The notes under the pieces are model-generated. The model saw only the letters and a program-made list of their open reading frames with translations, was not told the origin of the DNA and ran no database searches. 64,000 nt of DNA from Emiliania huxleyi CCMP1516 (taxonomy: Eukaryota), in contig NW_005201202.1 in assembly GCF_000372725.1 (NCBI RefSeq), positions 62,001-126,000 of the forward strand, read 5' to 3'. Both the position numbers and the translations under genes were made by a program. Positions 22,775 to 34,272 of the stretch are shown here, one piece after another (position 1 is the stretch's first letter; each line of letters begins with the position of its first letter).

Positions 22775-24766
22775 ATGCCTGTGTGCGACCGGCGGCAGTG
22801 TCGGTCATCGCTGCCCGGCCGGCCCGACGACTGCAACGCCAACGCCGCCGCAGGCGAACCGGCGGCGTGTGCAGACGGCTGGACTCCGACGCGGCAGCCA
22901 GTCTTATGGGCTCCTGTCGGCGAGGAGAACTTTGACTGCTGCGCGGCGGACGGCGGCACCGTGGCTGATTCGGCCGAGGCGGTGGCCTTTGCGGACGCCC
23001 TGGAGAGCTGCATCCGCGAGGCCGCCGAGGCGGTCTCTGCGAGCGTGCCTGCGTGGGCCGACCACTGCGAGTCGGTGTCCGCAAAGACTGCGCTGCAGCG
23101 GCGCGAGCTCGGCCGGACCCTGGACCCGCTCTTCGACGCGCACGGGTACACAGCCGCCCTCTGGTGCAGCATCTACTCGAGCGCTTGGCCGATGGGCTGG
23201 ACGGATGGCAACTGGTACGACATGTACCTCTGCCCGGCAGCTCGGGCGTGCTCGGGGCGCGAGGCGCTCGGGGAGGTCGACGAGGCGGTCGGCTCGGACG
23301 GCACCGTCGAGGAGGGCGAGACGGCCCCCGTCCGGACCATGTCGTGCGCCCTCTGCCGCCGGCTGCGGGCCCGGCTCGGCGAGGCGCCCTTCACCCTCGC
23401 GGACACCATCCCGTCCCGCGAGCGGCCGGTGCCTGGGCGGTACCCGACGAGTCGGTACCAGCGGATGGCGGCCGAGTATGAGGCTCGCCTCGGGAGCCGC
23501 GGCTACTGGGACCGGTGGGTTGGGTGGGACCTGCACCCGTTCGGAGTCTGGCTCGCAGACGCGGTGTGGCCGGCGCAGCTCGAGGAGAGGAGGCTGTGGG
23601 AGGCCGAGGAGCGGATCGCGCGGTACAGGCTCACCAACGGGGAGGTGATGCACGGGTTCGTCTGGCAGTCCCTCGCGCTGCTCGCAGAGCGGGCGCCGCC
23701 CCGCGACCCGTCCGAGTGGGTCTTCACGGCGTGCGACCCGACCTGGCGGTGGCAGAACGAGGGCACCAACCGAGGCACGTGCGCGCACGGGGCCGGGCAC
23801 GGGCTCTTCTACTACTACCGGCGCGGCGACTGCGGCTGGAGCTGCGCCGTCCGCGCCGCCCTGCCCGCCTGCTCGCGGGGGCCGCTGGGCGGGTGGGCCG
23901 CGGAGGGCAACTGGGCCGAGCTGTGCGAGGGCGGAGTCTTCCACTCTGCCTTCAACTCGCTGACTGCGCCGGACCTGCTCCGGCACGCGGCTCTGTCGCC
24001 CGCGTCCTCCCTCGCCGAGGCGGTCTGCGAGGCGGGCTGGCGCGGCTGCGCGGTCAACCTGGGCGCCGAGGAGGGCGAGGGGCGCTTCGCACTCGCAAAG
24101 GCGGGCTTCTGCGACGTCTCGGCGTGGACCTCGCGCATCGCGCTCCTCGACCCATCCCCATCCCCCTCTCCTCTGCCGCCGCCGCCGCCGCCGCGGTCCC
24201 TCCCTTCCCCACCCGCGCGCTCACCGCCGCCGCCCTCGCCGCCGCCGCCTCCACAAGTGACGTGGCTCCCTGGCCTCGGGGCACCCGCCCACGAGGCTCA
24301 CGAGGCCCTCTCCGGCGTGCCGGCCGAGCTCACCCGCCAGTTCTGGCAGCTGCCTCCGCCGCCAGCCGCCGCCCCGATGAGAGGCGGTGGCGCTGGCGGT
24401 GGCGGCCCTCCGCTCGACTCGCTTGTGGGCGGCCACGGCGAGGAGGCGGCTCTCGCCCTCGTCCTCGCCCTCCTCCTCGCGTCGGCCGTGTGCGTCTGCC
24501 GCCTCGTCTGCCGCGGTGCAACGCCGGCGGCGGAGCAACGCGCGGCGCAGCGCCCGCAGAGCCAGGGGCGGCTCCCTGCCGCCGGCCGCCGCCTCCGCGC
24601 GGCCGTGATGGGGAGAGGTGGTGGCGGTGGCGGGCGGGTCGCCCGGGCGGCTCCGGGAGGGCGGAAGCTGAAGTATCTCCGCGCCGGCACCGGCGACGAC
24701 GTCGACGACCGCGAGTCGTTCGTCACCGCGGTGGAGGACCCGTCGTACTTTGTGAGGTCCGTGTGA
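22775..24766 (+). CDS. Cys/His-rich single-pass membrane protein with a CxHGxGHG motif
   Basis: Intronless ORF with GEVMHGF, TCAHGAGHGLF, LCEGGVFHS, a Pro-rich stalk, a TM segment (ALALVLALLLASAVCVC) and a basic cytoplasmic tail. Confidence 0.75.
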   Translation: MPVCDRRQCRSSLPGRPDDCNANAAAGEPAACADGWTPTRQPVLWAPVGEENFDCCAADGGTVADSAEAVAFADALESCIREAAEAVSASVPAWADHCESVSAKTALQRRELGRTLDPLFDAHGYTAALWCSIYSSAWPMGWTDGNWYDMYLCPAARACSGREALGEVDEAVGSDGTVEEGETAPVRTMSCALCRRLRARLGEAPFTLADTIPSRERPVPGRYPTSRYQRMAAEYEARLGSRGYWDRWVGWDLHPFGVWLADAVWPAQLEERRLWEAEERIARYRLTNGEVMHGFVWQSLALLAERAPPRDPSEWVFTACDPTWRWQNEGTNRGTCAHGAGHGLFYYYRRGDCGWSCAVRAALPACSRGPLGGWAAEGNWAELCEGGVFHSAFNSLTAPDLLRHAALSPASSLAEAVCEAGWRGCAVNLGAEEGEGRFALAKAGFCDVSAWTSRIALLDPSPSPSPLPPPPPPRSLPSPPARSPPPPSPPPPPQVTWLPGLGAPAHEAHEALSGVPAELTRQFWQLPPPPAAAPMRGGGAGGGGPPLDSLVGGHGEEAALALVLALLLASAVCVCRLVCRGATPAAEQRAAQRPQSQGRLPAAGRRLRAAVMGRGGGGGGRVARAAPGGRKLKYLRAGTGDDVDDRESFVTAVEDPSYFVRSV

Positions 24767-25239
24767 GCGTTATGGCGCGCATCGTGTGTCGTTGTGGCTG
24801 CGTGGCCAGCATATACACAATTCCTTTACCGTGGTACACAGGTGCGTGTATTATTTTTGCTTGGGGCGGCACTCATGACGGGGTAGGTAGGGGGGGTAGG
24901 TCTGGCTCTGGGCCCCCTTCCCGTCGGGTTTTCCCTCTCTTCACGCTGGAATTTTCACATCAGAGAAAAAGAATTTTTCCGCGGAAATCACGATGTCAAC
25001 CCCTCCCCATGTCCCCCCAAGTGAGGTGATCTGGTGCTTGTAGGGCTTGAGAGTGGCCTGCCATGTCACAGGAAGGACTTATGGTTGCAGAAGAGTACCA
25101 CCAGCCATCACTTTAGTTGGTATAGTACCCCACCTTCACCGATCCGGTGATTTCTTTAGTTTCGCAAGGTAGGTAGGTAGGGTAGCGGAAGAGGTTGTGG
25201 GCCGTGAGTTGACGGAAATCGAGGGACGCGACCCGCTTC

Positions 25240-25558
25240 AATGCGTGTGGTTTTTGCCCATGCACATTTTTTGCATGGGCAAAAACTGTTGCATATGTTG
25301 CATATCACACATATCATGGCATTTGAACGCATTATTGTGCATTCAAGACTGCATTCTGCATTTTCTGCATTCGGTGGGCAACTGCATTTCTGCTGCATTT
25401 CTGCATTCTTTGGGCAACTGCATTTCAGCTGCATATGCGGCGGGAAACTGCATTTAGTTGCATGGATTCACTGACACACGGCCTCCATTGCGTGTGCACC
25501 TAATCCTCCAAAAAGACGAATGCGAAAATGCACTGCATGGGCAAAAACCACACGCATT
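25240..25558. mobile_element. MITE-like foldback with a tgca-rich interior
   Basis: Perfect 25-bp inverted repeat aatgcgtgtggtttttgcccatgca at 25240-25264 and 25534-25558; AT-rich interior with repeated tgca. Confidence 0.6.
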
Positions 25559-25624
25559 CGTGGGCAAGAACCACACTTATTCCGCAGGGCAGGGGGCGGC
25601 CAGGTTTTTGCAGAATTTCATCAT

Positions 25625-26525
25625 AAATAAATAAATAAAACGGACACCTCTACTAGGAGATGGGTAAAAAGGAACAGGTCCCCGCCCTTGCGATCTTTGT
25701 GCAGGGTTCTTTGTGGGTGTGGTCGGCGACTAGCCGGGGTCGTCCTCCCGATGGGGGACTAGCACTAGCCGTCTTCCACATGGTCCCTCGGGTCCCTGCT
25801 GCTCCTAATGGAAATCTCTTCGTAATCCTCCTGCTTATTTCCGCAACGTCCTGCTCCCTCCCTCGTCTCGCCCTGCGCGACTGCTCCGCCTCACCGTCGT
25901 CTGCTCTGCGTCGTCTGGTGACGGGTCCTCCATAGTCGGTTGAGGTCGCCGCCCTCCTCGTGCCTCTTCCCAACGTTCCCTCGGCGGCCGATGCCGTCCG
26001 CTCCGGCTCCCCAGTCCCCGGGTCTGTCCTGCTCTCTTCTGCGCTAGTTTCTGTTTCGTCCTCACCGGCGTCCCTCCTCTTCTTTCTCCCCTTCTTGTAT
26101 GCTTTGTACATCGCGTCGATTCCGTTTCGCGTGAGCACCATCCTGAAGCCCGCCCAGCAGCTGAACCGCTCCCTAAGTCGAAGGAGCATCATCAGTCTCA
26201 CCCACTTCGCTCGCTGCCCACCGTCTCCGCTCCCTCCCGCTTGAGCCGCCGTCGCGGCCCTCGTTCGTCCCACTGGCTGTTGGCCCGTCGCCTGCGTTGC
26301 TTGCGTTATCCCTCCTCCTCCGCGACTCCCTCAAGGCCGGCCGGGCCTCCTTCCACCCAGTGAAGAGCTTCCTCAGCCACTCGATGTGTTCCTCTCTCTT
26401 CATTATGCGCGCCGTAGCCTCATCATTGAGCTGGATCCACCTCTGCACCGCTCCCGTCGCCGCCTCGGCCACGACTTGCAAGTTCCGCCTCGTGACCCCG
26501 GCGCCAAGGTCCCTCCGACTCTTAT
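25625..26525 (-). mobile_element. 5'-truncated non-LTR retrotransposon copy
   Basis: (TTTA)n tail at ~25625-25640, 13-bp TSD agaatttcatcat at 25612-25624 and 26526-26538, and broken ORF remnants. Shorter copies of the same 3' end occur at ~53585-53679 and ~49463-49516. Confidence 0.8.
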
Positions 26526-26828
26526 AGAATTTCATCATGAGTGCCGCCCCAAGCAAAAATAATACACACCTGTACTACACAGAAACGACAAAGTGTTGAG
26601 TGTGTATAAGTTTAATTATATGCGTGAGACAGAGAGCGGGTTGGGGATTGCGATATTGAGTTGAACACATGTATCGGCGCAGAGGAGCCAGAGGATTTGA
26701 TGTGCTTGTGGGGGTCCGGTTATATCTCACGCCGACGGCGTTTGGGGCTCCTCCCTCCGGGCGGCTCCGTTGAGCGCTTGGGCGTGGTGGGCTTGAGCGG
26801 GCTGTGACGACGGCTGGCCCCTCTACAC

Positions 26829-29630
26829 TCAGCTCGGGAAGGAGGGCTCCACCTCGACCACATCAAAAGTGACCCCGTCGCGCACGAGCGTGTGGGTTAC
26901 GCCGGTGGGATGCATGTACGTGAGGGGCGGGTACAGGTACTCCTTCTCGTGCGGGAAGGCGGAGAACTCCGAAATGTCCACGCCCATGTTCATGAACGTT
27001 GAGCTTTTGAGCCGGAAAAGCAAAGCGCGCTGCTTGCCGGCTGCGGACGCGTAGCGCGCCGCGACCTCGAGCCTCGAGGTCGTGCTGCAGCAGGCAAACT
27101 CGGTGCCGCCCATCGACAGGAAGCGGGGCGGAGCGCGCAGATCACCCATGCCCCGCCAGAGGATGCGCCCCTCCTCCTGCTTCGCCGGCCGCGCGCAGCC
27201 GAGCGCCCGGACGGCAGCTCGCAACCATCCGCCGTCCGCTGCGTGTGCTCCGTCGCCGTCCACCTCCTCCGCCCACCTCTCACCTCCCTTCTTCTCGTCC
27301 GCCCCGACGCCAGAGACCAAGCTCTCCCGAACAGTAGCCCGCCCCTCCTCGATGACGCTGCTCTCCTCGTCGCCGCCCTCCTCCTGGATGGGGAGAGCAA
27401 GGCCCTCCTCGCATCCCGCCAGCTCTGACCGCGCCTGCCGTAGCGTGCTCAGGCTGAGCTCGCCGGCCACCGCCAAGGTCTTGAGACCCTGCTCCTCCAG
27501 CTCCTGGCCAGCGAGGTCGACCGACGTCGCTGCGGCGACGGCGCGCATCCGCTTGAGCGCCTCGTAGATGAAGGCCATCGTCACCGGCTGAGGGTGCGGC
27601 GCCGCCAGCTGCGGAGGCTCGAGTGGCAGGGGGCTGCCGTCCTCGCCCTTGCGGCAGTGGCTCATCTTGAGGTTGCGCATCGGCCCATTGAGCGCGCGGA
27701 AGGCGGCGGTCGAGTACAGACGCAACGCGACCACGTGTGCCTCTTCAAGCTTCGCCCTGCGCGCCACAGGCAGGGCCACAAAGTCGGCCAGTACCATGCC
27801 CTGACGCCCTCCAAGCCGAGAGCCATCCGGGGCTCGGTCGCGCCGCCAGCCGTTGTGAAAGCTGGTGGCACTCGAGCCGGCCGAGGCGTCGAGGATGTAG
27901 CGCAGGTTCTCGAGCACCTCCGGGTCGTCGAGCGCCTCCGCCTCCTCGATGATGGCGGCGGTGCCAGTAGCCATCTTTTCTCGCAGGTACGCCTCCTCGT
28001 GGCCGATGATCCCGTACAGCCCCGTTGCCGCTTCCTCCGGCTGTCCCGTGACGAGCTCCTTGGCCGAGCCGGCGAACCGATCGGAGGCTCCCTCCGCGTT
28101 GGACGTTAGCAGCCCATCGACGCTTGGTGCGCCGCATCGAAAGGCCGCTGCGAACTGGCTGCCACCGGGGATGGCCTTGATGGCCTTGACAGCCTTGCAG
28201 CCACCGGGGATGGCCTTGCGCCCCGCAGCCCTTAGCAGCAGCGCCAGCGAGACGGCACTGAGGAGAAGGCTCACGCAGCCCTGCGCGAACAGCACCCAAG
28301 CGATGTACGGCGCGTTTTCTGGCTGTACCGCACGCAGGAAGGTGCTGCAGACCTTGCCCTTCGTCGGGTAGACGTAGCCACCGATCGACTCGACGCCCTC
28401 CTTCGACCCGATGAGCTGATCGCATTCACTGACAAACCACATCTTCTTGACAGAGTCAGATATATCGCCCACTAGGTTCAGGTGTTGATTTACCCCGCCG
28501 TAAGTCAGGCCCCAGCTGGCGAGGAGCCAGGCGCCGTAGACAAGGCCGCTAACGGCCCCGAAAGCGAGCCAGAAATACCGGGACGGCCTCGACTTGACCC
28601 ACGCTGCAAAGTTCAGGTTGCTCCTCGAGAGGGGGAGCGCGACGGGAATGACCACCCAGGCGGGCAGCCAGGGCAGCAGCAGGATGGCCAGGAGCACCAG
28701 CGTGCGAGCGATCCATCTCGTGTGGCGCACGGCGACGCGCACCTCCGCCTCCAGGAATCGTCTCTGCTTCTTCTCCACTTCGATTGTGTTTAGAGCGCGC
28801 TCCAGCTCTAGGAGGACGGTAGATGGCCGAGAGCATGCTCGTCGCATAGCAAGCGCGGGCAGGAACAAGACGGTCGCCCAAATTGGCAGCAGCCAGAGAA
28901 GCATCCAGACGACGTCGACACTGCGCCAGGGCGACGACACTCGCCAGTCGTCGTCCACGACTCGCACCGCGACGAGACTGACGCCCGTGTTCCGGCCAAG
29001 ATCATACAAGTTTATCTTGAGGTAGCCCCCATCGCCTTTGGAAGGGTAGCAGACAGCAGGACCCAAGAATTGTCTGCATTCCGCCAGGTCATTGCCGGTA
29101 TAGCCTCGACAGAATCCATCAATCAAAACGTCGCAGAGGCGATGGAGGAGGGACTGCCCTGGCGCGTGGTCGACAAAATCCACGAGCGTGACGGACACAA
29201 CTTGCACGGTATCATCGGTGGCGACGAGCTTGGTTTGGTCGACAAGCTCTGTGCCAGGAGCGGTCTTGACAAGGTCGTCTGTGGACACTTCTCCCAGCCT
29301 GCTCACGCGGCTGTCATCAGCTGACAAACTCAGGTCTACTTTGCAGCCATCGGTCGAGGTGATCAGGACGAACGGCGGAAAGGCCTCGCTTCCAGAACCA
29401 ATGTTATCCGCCAGTATCTCTCGGAGGTCCGATGTGTCGATGCTGCTTGACTGGGACAACTGGCTGGCAGTTGCGCCCACCTGCGTCCGGTTGACGGCCA
29501 CGCACATTGTTATGGCCTCCTTCAATTTCTGCGGCAGCGGCGGCGGCGCCGGAGGCGACGGCGACCAGGGCGGCAGCGACGGTGATGGCGGCGGCGACGG
29601 GAGGGCGTGGGCGAAGAGAGCGGCCCACAT
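26829..29630 (-). CDS. Membrane-anchored mono-ADP-ribosyltransferase (R-S-E clade)
   Basis: Several TM segments, then AHVVALRLYSTAAF..LN, LWRGM (R), CSTT (S), FSAFPHEKEYLYPP (ExE). Single long ORF. Confidence 0.85.
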   Translation of the reverse strand: MWAALFAHALPSPPPSPSLPPWSPSPPAPPPLPQKLKEAITMCVAVNRTQVGATASQLSQSSSIDTSDLREILADNIGSGSEAFPPFVLITSTDGCKVDLSLSADDSRVSRLGEVSTDDLVKTAPGTELVDQTKLVATDDTVQVVSVTLVDFVDHAPGQSLLHRLCDVLIDGFCRGYTGNDLAECRQFLGPAVCYPSKGDGGYLKINLYDLGRNTGVSLVAVRVVDDDWRVSSPWRSVDVVWMLLWLLPIWATVLFLPALAMRRACSRPSTVLLELERALNTIEVEKKQRRFLEAEVRVAVRHTRWIARTLVLLAILLLPWLPAWVVIPVALPLSRSNLNFAAWVKSRPSRYFWLAFGAVSGLVYGAWLLASWGLTYGGVNQHLNLVGDISDSVKKMWFVSECDQLIGSKEGVESIGGYVYPTKGKVCSTFLRAVQPENAPYIAWVLFAQGCVSLLLSAVSLALLLRAAGRKAIPGGCKAVKAIKAIPGGSQFAAAFRCGAPSVDGLLTSNAEGASDRFAGSAKELVTGQPEEAATGLYGIIGHEEAYLREKMATGTAAIIEEAEALDDPEVLENLRYILDASAGSSATSFHNGWRRDRAPDGSRLGGRQGMVLADFVALPVARRAKLEEAHVVALRLYSTAAFRALNGPMRNLKMSHCRKGEDGSPLPLEPPQLAAPHPQPVTMAFIYEALKRMRAVAAATSVDLAGQELEEQGLKTLAVAGELSLSTLRQARSELAGCEEGLALPIQEEGGDEESSVIEEGRATVRESLVSGVGADEKKGGERWAEEVDGDGAHAADGGWLRAAVRALGCARPAKQEEGRILWRGMGDLRAPPRFLSMGGTEFACCSTTSRLEVAARYASAAGKQRALLFRLKSSTFMNMGVDISEFSAFPHEKEYLYPPLTYMHPTGVTHTLVRDGVTFDVVEVEPSFPS

Positions 29631-30419
29631 ATCTCGCGGAGAACGAACAGCAAGGGGCCCTTCCAAGGGCGACCGCTGAAGCCTTCACAAGGGCGCGCCT
29701 TTTAGAAACAAAAGAAATCGACGCCCCGCTGTCAGCCCATTTGTCCAGTGCCGCCAGTCCCGTGCACAGTGTCGTGCGATGCTTCAATTCTTTCCCTCGG
29801 TGATACGGTGAGAAAACGGAGACGCCAAAACGACGAATGGGAGAAGGACAGGGTCCCCACCTGCACGTCCTGCACGAGCAGGATCTTGGAAGGACAAAAG
29901 AAAGAAAGAAAACACACAAGGCAGACGAGGGAGGATGGGGGGAGGACAGGGTCCCTACCTGCACGAGCAGGATTTTGGAAGGACGATCAGCATCAGGGAC
30001 ACAGGGGAACGGGAGTGGGGAGCGCATCGCGACACGGAGGGGGGCTGGGCAGCGTTCACCCACACGACAAATGACGTGTGATATGCGCGTCATCTTCAAA
30101 CACCCCCCCCCACGCACCTGGGGACCCCCCTCTAGGTCGACGGTCTGACCAGGTGGAGGTGGGGGGGGGTAGCTACACCCCCCTGTCGCTCAGCGGTCCC
30201 GAGCCAGCGGCAGCTGACCCCCCCTCCGGTAGCTTACCCCCCCCTCGGTCCCGCCCCCTCGCCAGCTTGCGGAGCTGACCCCCCCCTCGGTCAGCTAGGG
30301 TCCGGGGCGGAGCCCCGGCGGGGTGCGGGGCGGAGCCCCGCGAAGAAAATTTTGCGTTTTTTGCAAAATATCGGTCGTCGGCCCTTGTGCTTGAAGACTT
30401 GTCGCCTGTGCCACCGCCG

Positions 30420-32172
30420 CGGCCGCCCTGCTCCCGGTGGCAGATAATAGCCCAGGTCGAAGAGTGCGCCCAGCTCTCGGTATCTGGGTGGCAGGCGGGA
30501 CTAGAGAGGCACGCTGGTGCACGGTTGGGGGCGAGAGCCGCCATCTTGGACCGTCAGGCGAGTATTTGCAACCGGGAGCTCGCCGCCGCCCCTACTCCGC
30601 CGCCGCCGCCCTCCCGAGGGCAGATAATAGCCCAAGTCGAAGAGTGCGCCCAGCTCTCGGTATCTGGGTGGCAGGCGGGACTTGAGAGGCACGCTGGTGC
30701 ACGGTTGGGGGCGAGAGCCGCCATCTTGTACCGTCAGGCGAGTATTTGCAACCGGGAGCTCGCCGCCGCCCCTACTCCGCCGCCGCCGCCCTCCCGAGGG
30801 CAGATAATAGCCCAAGTCGAAGAGTGCGCCCTGCTGTCGGTATCTGGGTGGCAGGCGGGACTTGAGAGGCACGCTGGTGCACGGTTGGGGGCGAGAGCCG
30901 CCATCTTGTACCGTCAGGCGAGTATTTGCGACCGGGAGCTCGCCGCCGCCCCTACTCCGCCGCCGCCGCCCTCCCGAGGGCAGATAATAGCCCAAGTCGA
31001 AGAGTGCGCCCTGCTCTCGGTATCTGGGTGGCAGGCGGGACTAGAGAGGCACGCTGGTGCACGGTTGGGGGCGAGAGCCGCCATCTTGGACCGTCAGGCG
31101 AGTATTTGCGACCGGGAGCTCGCCGCCGCCCCTACTCCGCCGCCGCCGCCCTCCCGAGGGCAGATAATAGCCCAAGTCGAAGAGTGCGCCCTGCTGTCGG
31201 TATCTGGGTGGCAGGCGGGACTAGAGAGGCACGCTGGTGCACGGTTGGGGGCGAGAGCCGCCATCTTGGACCGTCAGGCGAGTATTTGCGACCGGGAGCT
31301 CGCCGCCGCCCCTACTCCGCCGCCGCCGCCCTCCCGAGGGCAGATAATAGCCCAAGTCGAAGAGTGCGCCCAGCTCTCGGTATCTGGGTGGCAGGCGGGA
31401 CTAGAGAGGCACGCTGGTGCACGGTTGGGGGCGAGAGCCGCCATCTTGGACCGTCAGGCGAGTATTTGCGACCGGGAGCTCGCCGCCGCCCCTACTCCGC
31501 CGCCGCCGCCCTCCCGGTGGCAGATAATAGCCCAAGTCGAAGAGTGCGCCCTGCTCTCGGTATCTGGGTGGCAGGCGGGACTAGAGAGGCACGCTGGTGC
31601 ACAGTTGGGGGCGAGAGCCGCCATCTTGGACCGTCAGGCGAGTATTTGCGACCGGGAGCTCGCCGCCGCCCCTACTCCGCCGCCGCCGCCCTCCCGAGGG
31701 CAGATAATAGCCCAAGTCGAAGAGTGCGCCCTGCTGTCGGTATCTGGGTGGCAGGCGGGACTTGAGAGGCACGCTGGTGCACGGTTGGGGGCGAGAGCCG
31801 CCATCTTGGACCGTCAGGCGAGTATTTGCGACCGGGAGCTCGCCGCCGCCCCTACTCCGCCGCCGCCGCCCTCCCGAGGGCAGATAATAGCCCAAGTCGA
31901 AGAGTGCGCCCTGCTGTCGGTATCTGGGTGGCAGGCGGGACTAGAGGCACGCTGGTGCACGGTTGGGGGCGAGAGCCGCCATTTGTACCGTCAGGCGAGT
32001 ATTTGCGACCGGGAGCTCGCCGCCGCCCCTACTCCGCCGCCGCCGCCCTCCCGAGGGCAGATAATAGCCCAAGTCGAAGAGTGCGCCCAGCTCTCGGTAT
32101 CTGGGTGGCAGGCGGGACTGGAGAGGCACGCTGGTGCACGGTTGGGGGCGAGAGCCGCCATCTTGGACCGTC
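30420..32172. repeat. 180-bp tandem repeat, about 10 copies
   Basis: cagataatagccc recurs at 30441, 30621, 30801, 30981, 31161, 31341, 31521, 31701, 31881 and 32058; the copies are near-identical. Confidence 0.97.
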
Positions 32173-33099
32173 ACTGCCGCTCGATCAGATCGTCGCCATG
32201 CTCACGCCCCGCGACATTGAGTACTTTGCGACTCGACATGGTAAGTTCCTCCACTACGCGACCATGCTCAAGCTGTGCCCCAAGGACTCACCCGAGTGCG
32301 CTAGCTGCTGGTACTGCTCCCGCTTCGGGCAGCGGCTTCTGCCCCCTGAGCTGCAGAAGCACTTCCTGCCGGTCTACCCCACGGTGGGCAGCACTGGTGA
32401 GTTTACTCCGTTTGCCACTCGATGGGAGGAGACGCTTGCCGGTCGTGGGCAGGCCTATGTGTCTGACACCTCGCTCGTGTCACGCGTCGTCTCTTCCGCC
32501 TACGCCAAGCACAGGCTGCGGCGGCGGTGGAGGCAGAGAGGAAGGCGGCGGAGGCGGCGGCTGCTGCGGAGGAGGCTGGGGAGGAGGCTGTGGCGGAGCT
32601 AGACGCGGACTCAGCCCAGGCTGAAGCAGCAGCGGCCTCGGCAGCGACGAAGGCGGACGAAGCGCGAGCGGCCAAGGAGAGGGCGGCGGCGGCGCAAAAG
32701 GCGGCCGAGGTGCCTCCGGATGCGCTAGTTGCATCGCTTGCAAAGGAGACGCTGCTTCAGCCTGGGAGCATACGCTCACTGTTCAAGAAGCACTACTCTC
32801 AGAAGAAGAAAGCGGCACAGTGGGAGGCACCGCATCAGGCCACGGGCGCGGGAGGGGATGCTCAAGCAGCTGCCGTGGAGAACGGGTCCCTCAAATATGA
32901 CGCGTCACTAGTTGGCCGGCGCTGCACGGTGTTGTGGTGCCCTGAAGACGGCGACGAGGAGGACGAAGACTACTATAGCGCTACCATTGTTGCATACAAT
33001 AGCCGCTGTGCCCCCCGCAAGGGACGCTTCCTCCTCCACTTTGATTGCGGCCTGCGCAAGCGCGTGCAACTGCCAGCCGTGAAACAGTGCGTATCATGA
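32173..33099 (+). CDS. Transposon-borne ORF: Cys-rich segment, Ala/Glu helix and Tudor/Agenet-like domain
   Basis: CPKDSPECASCWYCSRF in one frame. After a probable splice (cacag|gct at ~32515) the frame reads LVGRRCTVLWCPED...YYSATIVAYNS...FLLHFDCG, a Tudor-like pattern. Confidence 0.5.
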
Positions 33100-34272
33100 C
33101 GAGGCGCGTCTCCAGCTGTAGCTGCCAGAAGTCACCCGGCGGTGTGGCTGGCTGCTGCGAGGGCACTGACGGCTGTGAGGAGCTGCCGCGCCCATGGGAG
33201 GCGGAGCCGAAGTAACCACACGCTGGTTGGTGCTGTTATTTGCGTAGCTAGGATGGCTCGCAGTGTGTGTCACACATGAGTGAGAGACATACGATACGTG
33301 ATAGAGTACTTTGCATGTTCATACTCATTGTTCATACACACACGGACACACGTGTTTCCTACCACCACTCAAACGTTCGTCCGTTCCGCAGTTCTCGTAC
33401 AGCTCTTCGAGCTCCACCCAGCGTGTGTCGGTGAAACCCGAGAGTCGTGTTCATCCTCTCCAAACTCACCGCGCGTGAGGTAGCAAATAGTGTGTCGGCA
33501 GCAGTCAGCTTGTTGCGCCGCTTCTTTCCGATCAGTTGATCGGGGTCGCACAAGCGCATGCGGAGCACCGCCTCGATCTTGTAGCAGAATGTTGGCACGA
33601 CCGCGTCGTCCGCACCGCCGCCTGCAAGCCGTGCCTGGCGCCGATGCTGCCTTTTGCGTTTTGGCACTTGTAGCGAGCACACATGGTGCGGTGCGCGTAC
33701 TTGAGCAGGCGGTGCGCGCCGCAGTTGGCACAGGGGCCCTGGGAGTATGGCGTGCTGCGGCATGTGGACGCGCGTCCAGGTATTTTTCGGGTAAACCTGG
33801 ACTTTCTCGGGTATACCCGGGTTTTACCTGGGTCTTGGGCAGGCACCCCCCTGTCGGTCGAGCAGTCTTGGCTCCCGCGAGGTGTACCCCCCTCTCGGTC
33901 AGAGGCCTGGCCAGGGGCACCTGTAGGGGGGTACCACCACCCCCCTCATGCTCACACGTCTTGCGAGAATGGGGGCGGCTAGGTGCGAGGGGGGGGGTGT
34001 TTGAAGATGACGCGCATATGAGTGTTAGATTTGTTTGGTATTGCTAAAAATCTCTCCCACACGACAGGGTCCCAGGGATTCCCCTCTCGTATAGGACAAG
34101 TTGCACCGGCGGCACGGGGGCAGGCGCGGGCCTCCTACTGGTTGCGCTCTCCTAGTTCTCCTGCTCCTGCCTGACAAGGGACAGCGAAGGCTCGCAGCAC
34201 GGTGGACGGTGCTCCCGCGGGTTTCTTTATCGGGTACCCATCCACGACGGAGCTCGGCTCCACCACGAGCCG

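Larger units (their letters stand above)
30084..34016. mobile_element. Non-autonomous TIR DNA transposon (TA-flanked) carrying a 180-bp tandem array and a Tudor-like ORF
   Basis: 36-bp TIRs at 30084-30119 and 33981-34016 (1 mismatch), TA on both flanks; no transposase recognised inside. Confidence 0.75.

Noticed and set aside
30420..32172. CRISPR-like array
   Set aside because: Units are fully repeated with no unique spacers, there are no cas genes, and the context is eukaryotic.
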